Source: Marispirochaeta sp.
Lineage (GTDB): Bacteria; Spirochaetota; Spirochaetia; JC444; Marispirochaetaceae
DNA length: 64,000 bases
NCBI GenBank assembly: GCA_963676835.2
Contig: CAXXFF010000001.1
Coordinates: forward strand, 1 to 64,000
Direction of reading: 5' to 3'
The translations under genes were made by a program, and so were the position numbers. A model generated the notes under the pieces. That model ran no database searches. It had not been told where the DNA came from and worked only from the letters and a program-made list of their open reading frames with translations. Of this stretch, positions 49,437-60,487 are shown in pieces; position 1 is the first letter of the stretch; every line of letters starts with the position of its first letter.

Positions 49437-50216
49437 ATGGAAAAATATCCCGACTCTTTTGATGGTCTTTATTCTATTGTAAGCAGATTACGTTCGCCCG
49501 AAGGCTGTCCCTGGGACCGGAAACAGACTTTGGACAGTGTGACCAGTGCCCTGGTTGAAGAAAGCTATGAAACCATTACATCCATCCATGAAGATGACTC
49601 ACCTGGAATATGTGAGGAGATCGGCGATGTTATGCTTATTGTTTCCATGCTTATGCGAATAGCGGAAGAGTCTGAAATCTTCAATCCTCAGGATGTTTTC
49701 AAAGGTATTAACGAAAAACTTATCCGGCGCCATCCTCACGTATTCGGGGAAGAATCAATTTCAGATGCTGATGATGTAAAAAAACGCTGGGATGAAATTA
49801 AAGAGACTGTAGAGGGACGCAAAAAGAAAAGCGGCCCGCATTCCGTATCACCCGGCTTCCCTCCCCTGGAAAGAAGTTTTAAAATCCAGAAGAAAGCGGC
49901 AAAGTTAGGTTTTGACTGGCCTGATACTGAAGGCCCCTATGAAAAAATCAAAGAAGAGATAATCGAAATCAAAGATGCGGTACAGAACGATCCGGATTCC
50001 GTTGAGGCAGAAATTGGTGATCTCCTGTTTTCCGTGGTGAACCTGTCCCGAAAATTAAAAATTGATCCTGCCACAGCGCTTCATCGAAGTAACGAAAAAT
50101 TTCTCAAGCGGTTTTCTTTCGTAGAAAAAGAGATGGAAAAAACCAATAAAGATATGCACCGGGATAATCTAACCCTTATGGATGAATATTGGAATCTGGC
50201 AAAGAGCAAAGAATAG
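49437..50216 (+). CDS. mazG: Nucleoside triphosphate pyrophosphohydrolase
   Basis: GCPWDRKQT, EEIGD, KLIRRHPHVFG, GFDW. Confidence 0.96.
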   Translation: MEKYPDSFDGLYSIVSRLRSPEGCPWDRKQTLDSVTSALVEESYETITSIHEDDSPGICEEIGDVMLIVSMLMRIAEESEIFNPQDVFKGINEKLIRRHPHVFGEESISDADDVKKRWDEIKETVEGRKKKSGPHSVSPGFPPLERSFKIQKKAAKLGFDWPDTEGPYEKIKEEIIEIKDAVQNDPDSVEAEIGDLLFSVVNLSRKLKIDPATALHRSNEKFLKRFSFVEKEMEKTNKDMHRDNLTLMDEYWNLAKSKE

Positions 50217-52677
50217 AATCTTTTTCCTTGTCATTATTCTTATCCATGAAATAGCTTTTTATCCGCTCTATCTCAATGGCTTCCAGGATGTCCGGATAAT
50301 TATCCCTTATCAGACGGCTAATTCCTTTGATTTCATTAAGACCATCTGGATAATAAAATGTATATGAAATATAATTATCTTTATGAATTGCAGCCCCCAG
50401 AAAGTCTTTAAAGAGCTCTTCAAGTTTCGTCCCAACATTTTTTATTCTGAATGTTTCTGTGTCCACCTTCAAACTGTAATCCGAGCCTGCATAATACGCC
50501 ATTATCGATTTAATCCCTTTCGGGAATTGTATAAACTCAGCACCGTTAATGTTCATACCTTCCGGCATGGAGCCGTTGCAGAGTTCTATGAATGTCTCCG
50601 GCAAGGCAGTTTCAGGAAGATAAATCATAGCTACCTCATGGAGAGATGAAACGCCAAGGGAAAGCGGGTTGGCAAACTCCATTTTGGGTTTGGGGTTGAA
50701 ACCTTCGGTATAACGGAGATCAATTTTCTGACGGGTGAATAATCGCTGAAATACTCCCACAAGGTTTTTATGGCTTAAAAACCTTGATGGACCTGTTTTG
50801 GTAAAACTGAAAACAAAGGGCAGATATACCATTTCTTCAGTTTCTTTATTCTCCAGACGCTGGTTAGCCGAATCGGATGGGTCTTTGAATTCATCGCTCT
50901 CTGTGCCTTGTTTTTTTCCATCAGCGAAATGTACTTGGGTATCGTCGTTACAGGCTCCGCAGTTGTGGCTGCAGGCGTCTTCACATGGGCTGGTAAGCTC
51001 ACCTTTTTCGGATTTGCGTTCTTCAGCTTTTGTGTAGCTTTTCCGGACCCCCATATCAACGCTATCCCAGGGAAGCTCTTCTTCCTGGCTGCGTTTCCTT
51101 GTAGCCAATGAGATGGGATCCCAGCTTTCGCTTTCCAGAATGGTGCGCCACATATCTCGGTCAAGGTGTTCCTCCCATGCGTCAAGGCGTGCGCCCTGGT
51201 TATAGGCCTTTAAAATAATGTCGCCTACCCTTTCGTCTCCGCGACTTATTACACCTTCGAGGATGGACGCAAAGGGTGAATGAAACCCGAACTTATACTG
51301 TCCTTTTTTCAGGTTGTTCTTAATGGAGTAGATGCGTTCAAGGGCATCCTGTTCGCTCAGCTGAAACGATCTTTCATATGGAGTATGCGGTTTGGGGATA
51401 AAGGTGTTCACCGTAAGGTGTATACGTATATTCGTGGCTTTTCTAATCTCTTCAAGGTAATCTACAATAGCTGCGGATGTATTTTCAGTATCGGTGGGAA
51501 GCCCCTGCATGAAATAGAATTTAGCATTTCGCCAACCATACTCTTTTGCTTCTCTGAGAATCTCGATGATGCGCCCTACAGGTACTTCCTTGTTTACTCC
51601 AAGCTGACTCTGCGTTTCCGGTGTCTCCACCGCAAAGGTAAGACCGCTTTTACGGACTTCGGAGATTTTATTCAGAATAGGCAGATTAAAACTGTTAACC
51701 CTCAAAGATGGAAGGCTGAAGGATATATGTCTTGATGAGAACTTGTTAGTGAGCCGGTTGACCAGTTCAGGTAATCTTGAATAATCTCCGGTGGAAAGAC
51801 TTGAAAGTGTAATCTCTCTGTACCCGTAATTCTGCCATAGCCAGTCTGCTTCCTGTTCAATATATGCTATCTCTTTTTCTCTGTGTGGACGGTAAATTAC
51901 ACCGGCATGACAGAAACGGCATCCATTGGGACATCCCCGCATAATTTCAATCACACCATGATCCTGTACTGCTGTCAAACCAGGCAGAGGATATTGCATC
52001 TTAAACGCTGAACAGGAAAAATCCTGCCAGACAGCTCTCCTTGCGGGGACAGATTTTCCGGGATACCAGATATGAGGGTTCTGATGTAATACCTCCATTA
52101 GCGACGATCTGTCTGCACCATTTTTTTTCATTTCTGCCATTTGAACAGATAAACGAAGCCATTCTCCCTCAGCTTCGCCAATAAACACCGCATCAAGAAA
52201 CTGTGAGAAGGGTGCCGGATTGGTTATGGCGCTTCCTCCGGCAATAACTATAGGATCAGCGTTGCTCCTCTCGGATGCAATCAAAGGAATCCCTGAGCTA
52301 TCAAGAACTGATAAAATACCCGTTGCGCTGAGTTCATATCCGACAGTAAAAGCAAGAATATCGAAATCTTTAACTGCAATGCCGTTTTCAAGGCTGTACA
52401 GCAGCTCTCCTTTATCCTTCAGCAGATTCTCAAAATCACCGGCGGGTGCGAAAACTCTTTCGCAGGAGATATCAGTTAGATTATTAAGCCTGGTATATAG
52501 AATACGCATGGCATAATTAGACATGCCGATTTCATATAAATCCGGAAACGATAAAGCAATCCGAAATCTGGTATCTACCGGTTTACGAACGATACCGTAT
52601 TCTCCGCCTGTATACCTTGCTGGTTTTTCAACACTGAGAAGAGAATTTCCCAAACGCTTAACTGGTTCGATAGTCAA
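50176..52677 (-). CDS. B12-binding radical SAM protein fused to a C-terminal radical-SAM-associated domain
   Basis: VEKPARYTGGE, FPDLYEIGMSN, RGCPNGCRFC, C-terminal FLSH..GFNPKPK. Confidence 0.9.
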   Translation of the reverse strand: MTIEPVKRLGNSLLSVEKPARYTGGEYGIVRKPVDTRFRIALSFPDLYEIGMSNYAMRILYTRLNNLTDISCERVFAPAGDFENLLKDKGELLYSLENGIAVKDFDILAFTVGYELSATGILSVLDSSGIPLIASERSNADPIVIAGGSAITNPAPFSQFLDAVFIGEAEGEWLRLSVQMAEMKKNGADRSSLMEVLHQNPHIWYPGKSVPARRAVWQDFSCSAFKMQYPLPGLTAVQDHGVIEIMRGCPNGCRFCHAGVIYRPHREKEIAYIEQEADWLWQNYGYREITLSSLSTGDYSRLPELVNRLTNKFSSRHISFSLPSLRVNSFNLPILNKISEVRKSGLTFAVETPETQSQLGVNKEVPVGRIIEILREAKEYGWRNAKFYFMQGLPTDTENTSAAIVDYLEEIRKATNIRIHLTVNTFIPKPHTPYERSFQLSEQDALERIYSIKNNLKKGQYKFGFHSPFASILEGVISRGDERVGDIILKAYNQGARLDAWEEHLDRDMWRTILESESWDPISLATRKRSQEEELPWDSVDMGVRKSYTKAEERKSEKGELTSPCEDACSHNCGACNDDTQVHFADGKKQGTESDEFKDPSDSANQRLENKETEEMVYLPFVFSFTKTGPSRFLSHKNLVGVFQRLFTRQKIDLRYTEGFNPKPKMEFANPLSLGVSSLHEVAMIYLPETALPETFIELCNGSMPEGMNINGAEFIQFPKGIKSIMAYYAGSDYSLKVDTETFRIKNVGTKLEELFKDFLGAAIHKDNYISYTFYYPDGLNEIKGISRLIRDNYPDILEAIEIERIKSYFMDKNNDKEKDSILCSLPDSNIHP

Positions 52678-52702
52678 AATACAATTCCTGTAGAAGTATT
52701 GT

Positions 52703-54016
52703 TCAGAAGTGATAACGGCGCTGATGAATGTTCAGCAGTATACCAATGGAAATCATTGCATTGAGCATAGCTGAACCACCGTAAGAAACAAAAAGCAGAG
52801 GAATGCCGGTAATAGGCATAATTCCCATGGTCATTCCGATATTAACAATCATATGAAAAAATATCATACCCAATATTCCGGCACCGACGATCATACCGTA
52901 TCGGTCCCTGGCTGTCCATATTATATATATTCCACGAAGCAATATAACCAGAAAAAGAGAGAGAATCAAAAAGCCGCCAAGAAATCCCCACTCTTCAGCT
53001 ATAATAGAAAAAATAAAATCGGTACTCTGCTGCGGAAGGAAACGATAATGGCTTTGTGTTCCCTGTAAAAATCCTTTACCGCTGAAACCGCCGGATCCGA
53101 CGGCCGTTATCGACTGAATAATGTGCCAGCCTGCTCCACGGGCATCAATTTCCGGATCCAGAAAAACAATCAACCGCATAATCTGGTAGTCTTTAAGTAC
53201 CTTCTGCATCAGAAAAGCTCCGATGAAAGAGAGCAGCAGGGCAACTGTAAAAAAAGCTATCCAGTAAAAATAGCTTCGCTTATATGAGATATAACCGATC
53301 ACAGCCAGCATGGCTATGATAAATATAACCATAAGAATGTAAGGCCAAAAATTGATATCGGTTAAAATCCTTAAAATAATAGAATCGCCATGAATAATGT
53401 AACTGTTCCATGCGGGTAATATTCCAAGCAGGATAGTACCGCTGCCGGCAAGGAAAAGAAACAGCAAAAAATTAAATGGGACCCCTGCGAGAAGACTGAT
53501 AAAGAAATATATGGGCAGATACACCAGAGCAGTTCCCATATCCGGCTGTACCAGAATAAGCAGCATAGGCAATGCTACTATGCCCAGGCTCATTCCCAGA
53601 GTGAGCACTTTATTGAGACTGTTCATATGGGTATCGTAAAAACGCGAAAGGTAGAGAATTGTAAATATTTTCATCAATTCACTGGGCTGTCCTAAATGTA
53701 CAGGCCCAATGGAAATCCATGACTTCGCACCGTTTACCAGTTTACCGAAAAAGAGTGTATAAATAAGAATAAAAACACCGGTAAGATAAAAATATATTGA
53801 CCATTCCCCGAGTCTGGAATAATTACCGAAACTGAACACAAGGCATAAAACAAGGCCGATACTGATGGATATTATCTGCTTGATATATTCCCGGGAAAAA
53901 ACAATACCGGCTGACGAAACTCCGGAACTGTAAATAAAGAGCACTCCGATAGTTAAAAGAGAAACTACCGCAAGAAAAATGAAAATATCAAAACCAAGAA
54001 AAGAACGTAGTTTCAT
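52703..54016 (-). CDS. rodA: Rod shape-determining protein RodA
   Basis: QPSELMK, QPDMGTA, TDFIFSIIAEEWG, TGIPLLFVSYGGS. Confidence 0.95.
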   Translation of the reverse strand: MKLRSFLGFDIFIFLAVVSLLTIGVLFIYSSGVSSAGIVFSREYIKQIISISIGLVLCLVFSFGNYSRLGEWSIYFYLTGVFILIYTLFFGKLVNGAKSWISIGPVHLGQPSELMKIFTILYLSRFYDTHMNSLNKVLTLGMSLGIVALPMLLILVQPDMGTALVYLPIYFFISLLAGVPFNFLLFLFLAGSGTILLGILPAWNSYIIHGDSIILRILTDINFWPYILMVIFIIAMLAVIGYISYKRSYFYWIAFFTVALLLSFIGAFLMQKVLKDYQIMRLIVFLDPEIDARGAGWHIIQSITAVGSGGFSGKGFLQGTQSHYRFLPQQSTDFIFSIIAEEWGFLGGFLILSLFLVILLRGIYIIWTARDRYGMIVGAGILGMIFFHMIVNIGMTMGIMPITGIPLLFVSYGGSAMLNAMISIGILLNIHQRRYHF

Positions 54017-55887
54017 CGACGGAATTCCTCGCGTAGATCGGGAAACATCCATTGCCATCTGAGAGCTTTAACAGCTTCGATAAAATTCTGATTGGCAAAA
54101 ATCCCCTGGTAGATAATATTGGCAGCCTTGGGTGCCCACCATTCCCATTCGTTAACCGCCTCGACATTCACAACAACTACCACCTGATCCTCTACGGGAC
54201 CATTATATGGCGCATATGATGCAAACCATGAACTCCACTGGTCAACATAACCTACTTCCCCGGTACCTGTTTTACCGGCAACTTCCGTAGCTTCTGTCGT
54301 CAATACAACCTTTGCAGTACCGTCAACTATTACCGTACGCAAAAAATCCTGCACCTGATCAAATACATTCGGGTTTATTCCACTGCGGTGAAGAACCTCG
54401 GGTTCAATTTTTCTGGTAACCAGACCGGAAACCGGATCACGTGTTTCTTTCAGAACATGGGGCTTATAGATGATTCCACCGTTGGAAACCATGGCAATCA
54501 TATTTGCCATTTGAAGCGGAGTAACCAGCAGGTCCCCCTGTCCGATACTTATATTGAGGGTATCACCCCCAACCCATTTCTGGTTGTATGTCTCTTCCTT
54601 CCATTGGGGAGTTGGAATAAGCCCGGCTGTTTCCCCTGGAAGGTCAATTCCTGTAGTTGTCCCGAGACCAAACTGCTGGGAAAAATCAACAATTAAATCG
54701 ACTCCAAGATAATTAAGACCGACAGTCCAGAAATAGACATCACAGGATTCTGCAAGGCCGTGTTCAAGATCCAGCGGACCATGGCCGGTCTTTTTATGAC
54801 AGTTAAAAGTACGATCTCCGGCCCTGAGGTATCCGGGGCAGTCAATTGTTTTATCTGCAGGAAAGGCGTCTTCCTCAAGTACTGCAGTGGTTAGAATTGT
54901 TTTAAACGTAGATGCCGGAGCATAACTTGACTGAACAGCCCTGTTTAAAAAAGGAAAGGTAGGATCAAGACTTACCCGGCGGTATTCCTCCACATTACGT
55001 TCTGTACCGAAAATATTGGGGTTGTACCAGGGATATGAAACCATTGCCAGCACTTCTCCGGTTGCAGGTTTAAGAACCACAACAGATCCGATCCGTTCGC
55101 CAAGAGCATCTTCACACAGCTTCTGTATGCGCCTGTCAATGGTCAGGACAAGGTTTTGTCCGGATTCCGGTGGCTGCTCCTGGGCTACAGGCTGGTTGAT
55201 TTTACGTCCTTTTACATCGACAGTGGAAAACCGTACACCCTCTGTACCACGAAGAATATCATCATAGATCTTTTCCACCCCGTTTTTCCCGAGGGAGGAA
55301 TAATTTGAGTATCCCTGATTATACAGTACCTGAAGTTCTTCCCGGGTTATATCACCGACATAGCCGATTATATGTGATAAAGATCCCGGGATCGTGTATG
55401 AGCGTATAGACTTATTGTTCCAGCTCACCCCGGGGAAATCCTGAATATGCTCTGCAATATAACTGATTTTTTTAAGATCAATCCCGCTGGCAATTTCTAC
55501 CGGCTGATAAAGATGGTTATATTCCGGAGGCAGTTTTTTTCTGATCTCATCTGTACTGACTTCGAGTATTTGAGCGATTCGCGGAAACATCTCTTCTTTC
55601 TGATCATCACTCAATTCCGCCGGTACCACATTTACGGCAAATGATGGAATGTTAATAGCAAGAGGGACATCAAAGTGGCGATCATAGATTTCACCTCTTT
55701 GTGCCGGAATTACCGAACTTCGCTGTGTAACCTCCACAGCTTTCTGCATGAATTCCGTGCCCCGGACGACCTGAAGATTGAATAGAATGAGCAGATAAGC
55801 GGCAACAGCTGCGATGGAGATAGCACCGAGAAGCAACACCCTGAAACGAATAGAGGTCTCTTTGCGTTCTGTGAAGCCGGTCTTCAC
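54013..55887 (-). CDS. mrdA: Penicillin-binding protein 2
   Basis: RGEIYDR, ASTFK (SxxK), SCD, KTGT; in mre operon. Confidence 0.95.
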   Translation of the reverse strand: MKTGFTERKETSIRFRVLLLGAISIAAVAAYLLILFNLQVVRGTEFMQKAVEVTQRSSVIPAQRGEIYDRHFDVPLAINIPSFAVNVVPAELSDDQKEEMFPRIAQILEVSTDEIRKKLPPEYNHLYQPVEIASGIDLKKISYIAEHIQDFPGVSWNNKSIRSYTIPGSLSHIIGYVGDITREELQVLYNQGYSNYSSLGKNGVEKIYDDILRGTEGVRFSTVDVKGRKINQPVAQEQPPESGQNLVLTIDRRIQKLCEDALGERIGSVVVLKPATGEVLAMVSYPWYNPNIFGTERNVEEYRRVSLDPTFPFLNRAVQSSYAPASTFKTILTTAVLEEDAFPADKTIDCPGYLRAGDRTFNCHKKTGHGPLDLEHGLAESCDVYFWTVGLNYLGVDLIVDFSQQFGLGTTTGIDLPGETAGLIPTPQWKEETYNQKWVGGDTLNISIGQGDLLVTPLQMANMIAMVSNGGIIYKPHVLKETRDPVSGLVTRKIEPEVLHRSGINPNVFDQVQDFLRTVIVDGTAKVVLTTEATEVAGKTGTGEVGYVDQWSSWFASYAPYNGPVEDQVVVVVNVEAVNEWEWWAPKAANIIYQGIFANQNFIEAVKALRWQWMFPDLREEFRR

Positions 55888-56390
55888 CTGTTATCTTCCC
55901 TGATATACTGGGGAACAATCCCGGATAAGCGTAACAAGCCGTAGCCGACCGGCGCAATAATGGCATTCATGAACAGCTGAATAAGCAGCCGGGTTGAGAA
56001 AATGGTTACAGATGTTTCTATACTGAAGAGAGAGAATATAAAAACACTTATCACCGAAAAGATAAAACTGGTAACTACCGCAAGAAGCATTGGTACAAAT
56101 ATGGGGTCAACAAATATTTTACCCCGCAGACTGCCCAGGATAAAACCAATGATACTGAGCCCGATTGATGTAACTCCGAGAGGAGAAACAGAAATAAAAT
56201 CAACTGCGAGGCCGAGGAAAAAACCGGTAACAATGCCGGAGATATCTTTCTGTGAATACGCAATAAATATAAAAAAGACAAAATAGATCGAAGGCCTGGC
56301 ATCCATGAAACTTATATTCTTGAGAAAGGTTGTTTCGGCAAGTAAAATCACCACCAGAAGTATGGTTTGTATAACAGGGTTTTTAATCAT
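55884..56390 (-). CDS. mreD: Rod shape-determining protein MreD
   Basis: Hydrophobic, GFFLGLAVD, between mreC and mrdA. Confidence 0.88.
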   Translation of the reverse strand: MIKNPVIQTILLVVILLAETTFLKNISFMDARPSIYFVFFIFIAYSQKDISGIVTGFFLGLAVDFISVSPLGVTSIGLSIIGFILGSLRGKIFVDPIFVPMLLAVVTSFIFSVISVFIFSLFSIETSVTIFSTRLLIQLFMNAIIAPVGYGLLRLSGIVPQYIREDNR

Positions 56391-57258
56391 TATCGCCGCC
56401 TGTTTTTTCCAGACCGGGAAGGTTATCTTTCAACACTACAACATACTGAAGTCTACTGAAATCCACGATAGGTTCAATTGAAAGTTCGAGATCCGGTTCC
56501 CACTCCCGACTGCCGATTGAGCGCACGCGTCCTACAAATATTCCCGAGGGGTATATGGAATCCATTCCTGAAGTCTCAATAAGATCTCCAAACTGGATAT
56601 CTTCTTTGGCGGTCTTTACCACGTAGCGCATCAATACAGGAGTATGAATACCTCCGCCTCCCTGAACAAGCCCTTCGTACATTGAACTTTGCAGCCGTGT
56701 GGCTATGAAACAATTGGCAGAGATTACCGGCAGTACTTTTGAGGTGTTAGGCCCGGCCTCAAGGATTTTTCCGACCACCCCCTGAAAGCCGTTCTGATAC
56801 GCTATGACGGGCATATTATTGCGAACACCGTTTCTGGTTCCTTTATCTATTGTAAAGGACAAAAAATAGGCCGATGGATCCTTGGCAATTATCTGTGATG
56901 TTACATGGGTATACGGAAGCTCTCTGGTAAAACCTATCAGTTTCTTCAGTCTCTCATTTTCACGTTTAAGATCAACAATATCCCGTTGTATAATCTGGTA
57001 CTCTTCTATCTTTTTCTGAAGGGCATTGTATTCAGTTTTGAGCTTTTTCAGCTCTGCAACGGAATTTACCGTGTTGCCGACAAGGTTGCCCACCGCACTG
57101 AATCCGCCCTGAAAGGTTGAAAAAACAGCAGAGCCTATCTTGGCGGGATTGAGCAAATACGCCCTGGTATCGATAACAAGAAGAAGTGTACTTAAAAGAA
57201 GCGCCGCAAAGAGGGTTACCCCCTTCCGGCGCTTGTATATAAAACTGTGTTCGTTCAT
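56383..57258 (-). CDS. mreC: Rod shape-determining protein MreC
   Basis: Coiled coil ENERLKKL, IDKG, TSGMDSIYPSGI. Confidence 0.94.
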   Translation of the reverse strand: MNEHSFIYKRRKGVTLFAALLLSTLLLVIDTRAYLLNPAKIGSAVFSTFQGGFSAVGNLVGNTVNSVAELKKLKTEYNALQKKIEEYQIIQRDIVDLKRENERLKKLIGFTRELPYTHVTSQIIAKDPSAYFLSFTIDKGTRNGVRNNMPVIAYQNGFQGVVGKILEAGPNTSKVLPVISANCFIATRLQSSMYEGLVQGGGGIHTPVLMRYVVKTAKEDIQFGDLIETSGMDSIYPSGIFVGRVRSIGSREWEPDLELSIEPIVDFSRLQYVVVLKDNLPGLEKTGGDND

Positions 57259-57261
57259 TAT

Positions 57262-58305
57262 TTACGAGTTAAGATTATTGTAGATAGTCTGGCTGCTTGC
57301 CATATCCTTGGTATGCTGAAAATACATTCCCGCACCGTTGGCCACACACAAGAGAGGATCTTCAGCAAGAATAACCGGGACGCCGGTCTCTTTGCTGATT
57401 AACTTCGGCAGGCCTTTCAAAAGAGAGCCGCCACCGGTCATAACAATACCACGCTCTACAATATCGGCAGCAAGCTCAGGAGGAGTTTGACCGAGGGTTC
57501 GTTTAATCTCCTCTATAACCGCGTTTATCGGCTCCTGAAGCGCTTCACGCACCTCGACTGAGTCTATTTCCAGCCTTCGCGGCAGGCCTGTTATAGCGTC
57601 GGTTCCCTTGATTTCCATTTTTTCAATTTTTTTATCAGCAATTGCATTACCGATTTTTATTTTAAGATTTTCCGAGGTTTGTTCACCTACAATGAGGTTA
57701 TGAACATTTCTGACATGCTTGATGATCGCCTCGTCAAACTCATCGCCGCCTATTCTGATAGCCTTGCTGACAACCATTCCGCCCAGTGAAATAACAGAAA
57801 TTTCAGTTGTTCCGCCGCCGATATCACAAATCATATGCCCTGCGGGTTCAAAAATAGGAATCTGTGCGCCGATGGCAGCAGCGAGGGATTCTTCAATTAC
57901 CTTGACCTCCCGGGCACCGGCTTTATAGGCCGCCTCTTCTACCGCTCTTCTCTCTACCTCGGTAATACAGGTAGGAACACCGATAACCATCCGCGGTTTG
58001 ACAAACCAGCGGCGGGGAATTACCTTGTTTATAAAATAACGGATCATTTTTTCCGTTGTTTCAAGATCGGCTATTACTCCGTCACGAAGAGGACGAATTG
58101 CAATAATATCACCTGGGGTTTTCCATAACATTCTTTTCGCTTCAACCCCAACGGCAACCACTTTTTTTGTGCCCCGTTCTACGGCAACAACGGAGGGTTC
58201 GGAAATAACTATCCCTTTCCCGCGAACATATATAAGGGTGTTACACGTTCCAAGATCTATTCCGATCTCAGTAGAAAAAGCATCAACTATATTTTTTACT
58301 CCCAT
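57262..58305 (-). CDS. mreB: Rod shape-determining protein MreB
   Basis: [26 protein letters not shown]. Confidence 0.98.
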   Translation of the reverse strand: MGVKNIVDAFSTEIGIDLGTCNTLIYVRGKGIVISEPSVVAVERGTKKVVAVGVEAKRMLWKTPGDIIAIRPLRDGVIADLETTEKMIRYFINKVIPRRWFVKPRMVIGVPTCITEVERRAVEEAAYKAGAREVKVIEESLAAAIGAQIPIFEPAGHMICDIGGGTTEISVISLGGMVVSKAIRIGGDEFDEAIIKHVRNVHNLIVGEQTSENLKIKIGNAIADKKIEKMEIKGTDAITGLPRRLEIDSVEVREALQEPINAVIEEIKRTLGQTPPELAADIVERGIVMTGGGSLLKGLPKLISKETGVPVILAEDPLLCVANGAGMYFQHTKDMASSQTIYNNLNS

Positions 58306-58320
58306 TAGGAATCCTCCGCA

Positions 58321-59274
58321 CTAGTTGTATAATTTTTGACGCGCACCATGGTGCGTCGGATCAATTTCCAGGGCTTTTCGCCATTCTGCCCGTGCCTTGA
58401 TATTATCATTCAATTCAGCATATATCGACCCCAAATAGTAATGAGAATCTGCTGACCTCTGATTTTTTTTCAGAATTTCCAGATACTGATCTTCCGCTTT
58501 AAGAAACTCACCCCGGTTAAAATAAATGCGCCCTAACAGAAACCTGGCCTTCTGCAAGGTTCCGGGGTCATCCCCTGCGTTAATGCAGCGCATAAGTGTT
58601 TCCTCTGCCTTTACAAAATCTTCCATGGTAAAATAAGTCTGGCCAAGAACCAGGTACAGAGTGTCAGATTGTTTCTCTTCCAGAGCTTTTTCAAAATAGA
58701 TAACACTGTTTTCATATTCTGCCAATTCGGAATATGCAAGACCCAGGTACTCATAGCTGTCCTCGCCAAGATAACCAAGCTCTATAGCACTCAGCATGTA
58801 CTCTACAGACAGATCGGCATAGTATCTCCCTTTATGATAATAGGCTTTTGAAAGAATATATCTGACACTGCCTTTCAAGGGATAATCATCAGCGATATCT
58901 GCTTTACGAAGATTTTCTACGGCGAGGTTAAACAACGGGATTTTGTCTTCAAGGGTGAACTTTGCAATACCACGATAAAAATATGAGAAGCCGTTAAAGA
59001 TAAGAGCTTCCCGGTTGAGGGGCTTTTCCAGAAGAACAGGTTCAATTATCCGGTTTATACCTTCATAATCCATCTGACTCCACAATGTTGTCAGCTGCTC
59101 ATGCACGGTAACTTCAGAATCATTAACCTTTACAATCCGCAGAACAGAAAATACACCGATTGCTATGGAGAGAAAAATTACAAGAAAGGATACGATATAT
59201 TTACTGCGGCTTTTACTTCTGCCGTACCCCTGGTTTGAACGGGAAAAATGAAAACGGTCTTTTGGTAATAACAT
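58321..59274 (-). CDS. Membrane-anchored TPR protein
   Basis: TM helix plus multiple TPR motifs. Confidence 0.85.
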   Translation of the reverse strand: MLLPKDRFHFSRSNQGYGRSKSRSKYIVSFLVIFLSIAIGVFSVLRIVKVNDSEVTVHEQLTTLWSQMDYEGINRIIEPVLLEKPLNREALIFNGFSYFYRGIAKFTLEDKIPLFNLAVENLRKADIADDYPLKGSVRYILSKAYYHKGRYYADLSVEYMLSAIELGYLGEDSYEYLGLAYSELAEYENSVIYFEKALEEKQSDTLYLVLGQTYFTMEDFVKAEETLMRCINAGDDPGTLQKARFLLGRIYFNRGEFLKAEDQYLEILKKNQRSADSHYYLGSIYAELNDNIKARAEWRKALEIDPTHHGARQKLYN

Positions 59275-59297
59275 TTCCGCCCCGGATTAATTTAAAA

Positions 59298-59661
59298 GAA
59301 GCAGACCTGTAAGCCGGATTCTGTCTTGGACAGTCATCTATCTCAATTGCTCCTTGCAGAACAACTCAAGCAGCCTACCCGCAGAAATCGGGCGAACAAC
59401 CCTTCTGCTGTCTGGCTTTGCTCCGGATGAGGTTTACCATGCCTTTTGGATTTCTCCAAAAGCGGTGGTCTCTTACACCACCTTTTCACCCTTACCCAGC
59501 TACTAAATCAAAGATTTAATAGCTGGGCGGTCTGTTTTCTGCGGCACTTTCTGTGGCCACTGCCTCATAGAGGCAAAGGTCCCCGGGCGTTACCCGGCAT
59601 CCTGTTCTATGGAGCCCGGACTTTCCTCCGTAGGTTATACGGCGACTATCTGGTCTGCTTC
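59298..59661 (-). ncRNA. rnpB: RNase P RNA
   Basis: Minus strand carries GAGGAAAGUCCGGGCUC, GGUAAACC and ACAGAAUCCGGCUUA signatures; terminal P1 helix GAAGCAGACC / GGUCUGCUUC. Confidence 0.96.
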
Positions 59662-59668
59662 AAATATT

Positions 59669-60454
59669 TTATTCTTCAGAATCAATGAGATCAGCCAGAC
59701 TACCGGCATCCTCATCCTGGAAAAAATATGCATCTTCAGCAACATCTGCTTCTGCATAAAAAAGAATACGGCTGCAGTAGGGACAAAACAGAATAGACTC
59801 CCCGTTGCGGACATCGTTAACAAACTGTGCCGGAAGCTGCATGTGACAGCCGGTACAGACAGAAGATTTAACCGGGACTATACCAACACCGGATTTTGAA
59901 CGGATAATACGCTCAAACTTAAAAAGAATATCCTCGTCCAATCCAGGGATTACATCCTTTTCTTCCGACTCAAGCTGCTTTAAAACTGTCTCTTTAGCGG
60001 CACTTTCATTTTTGATCTTTTCCTGCTCGGCAGAAAGCTCTTCTTCCTGAATGCTGATCATGCTCTCTTCACGCTCAAGGGTTGCATTGATCTCTTCAAG
60101 ATCTTTTTCCTCGCGGATAATATCTTTTCTAAGCTGCTGTTCTTTTTCAGTAGCGTCACGGATTTCTTTATCCAGAGCTTCGTATTCCCTCTGGGTAGTA
60201 ATCTGGTCCATCTGCTTTTCATAATTCTCACGCTGGGTTTCAGCATCGGAAAGCTTTATCCGCAGAGATTTTATTTTGTCATTAATCCGTTCCCGCTTGG
60301 AGTTTTTCTCCACATAGGATTTCTTTAAACGGTTCAGAAGCTCCGTCTTGGTGGTAAGAGCCTTGGGAATATCATGAATCTCCTGCTCTATCTCATACTT
60401 CTGAGAAAGAATATCCTGAAGAGTCCTTAATTTGTCAAAAACCTCTGTCATCAT
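59669..60454 (-). CDS. Coiled-coil C4-type zinc-ribbon protein
   Basis: Long coiled coil, CTGC...CPYCSRIL. Confidence 0.9.
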   Translation of the reverse strand: MMTEVFDKLRTLQDILSQKYEIEQEIHDIPKALTTKTELLNRLKKSYVEKNSKRERINDKIKSLRIKLSDAETQRENYEKQMDQITTQREYEALDKEIRDATEKEQQLRKDIIREEKDLEEINATLEREESMISIQEEELSAEQEKIKNESAAKETVLKQLESEEKDVIPGLDEDILFKFERIIRSKSGVGIVPVKSSVCTGCHMQLPAQFVNDVRNGESILFCPYCSRILFYAEADVAEDAYFFQDEDAGSLADLIDSEE

Positions 60455-60487
60455 CTGCGTAATTTCCCCACTAATATATAAGCTGTA

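Noticed and set aside
50176..52677. Radical SAM gene as the missing AmmeMemoRadiSam partner or part of a RiPP cluster
   Set aside because: It is the B12-binding type commonly found after rodA; no precursor peptide or transporter nearby.
59446..59688. 80-aa plus-strand ORF
   Set aside because: Overlaps the RNase P RNA gene on the opposite strand.
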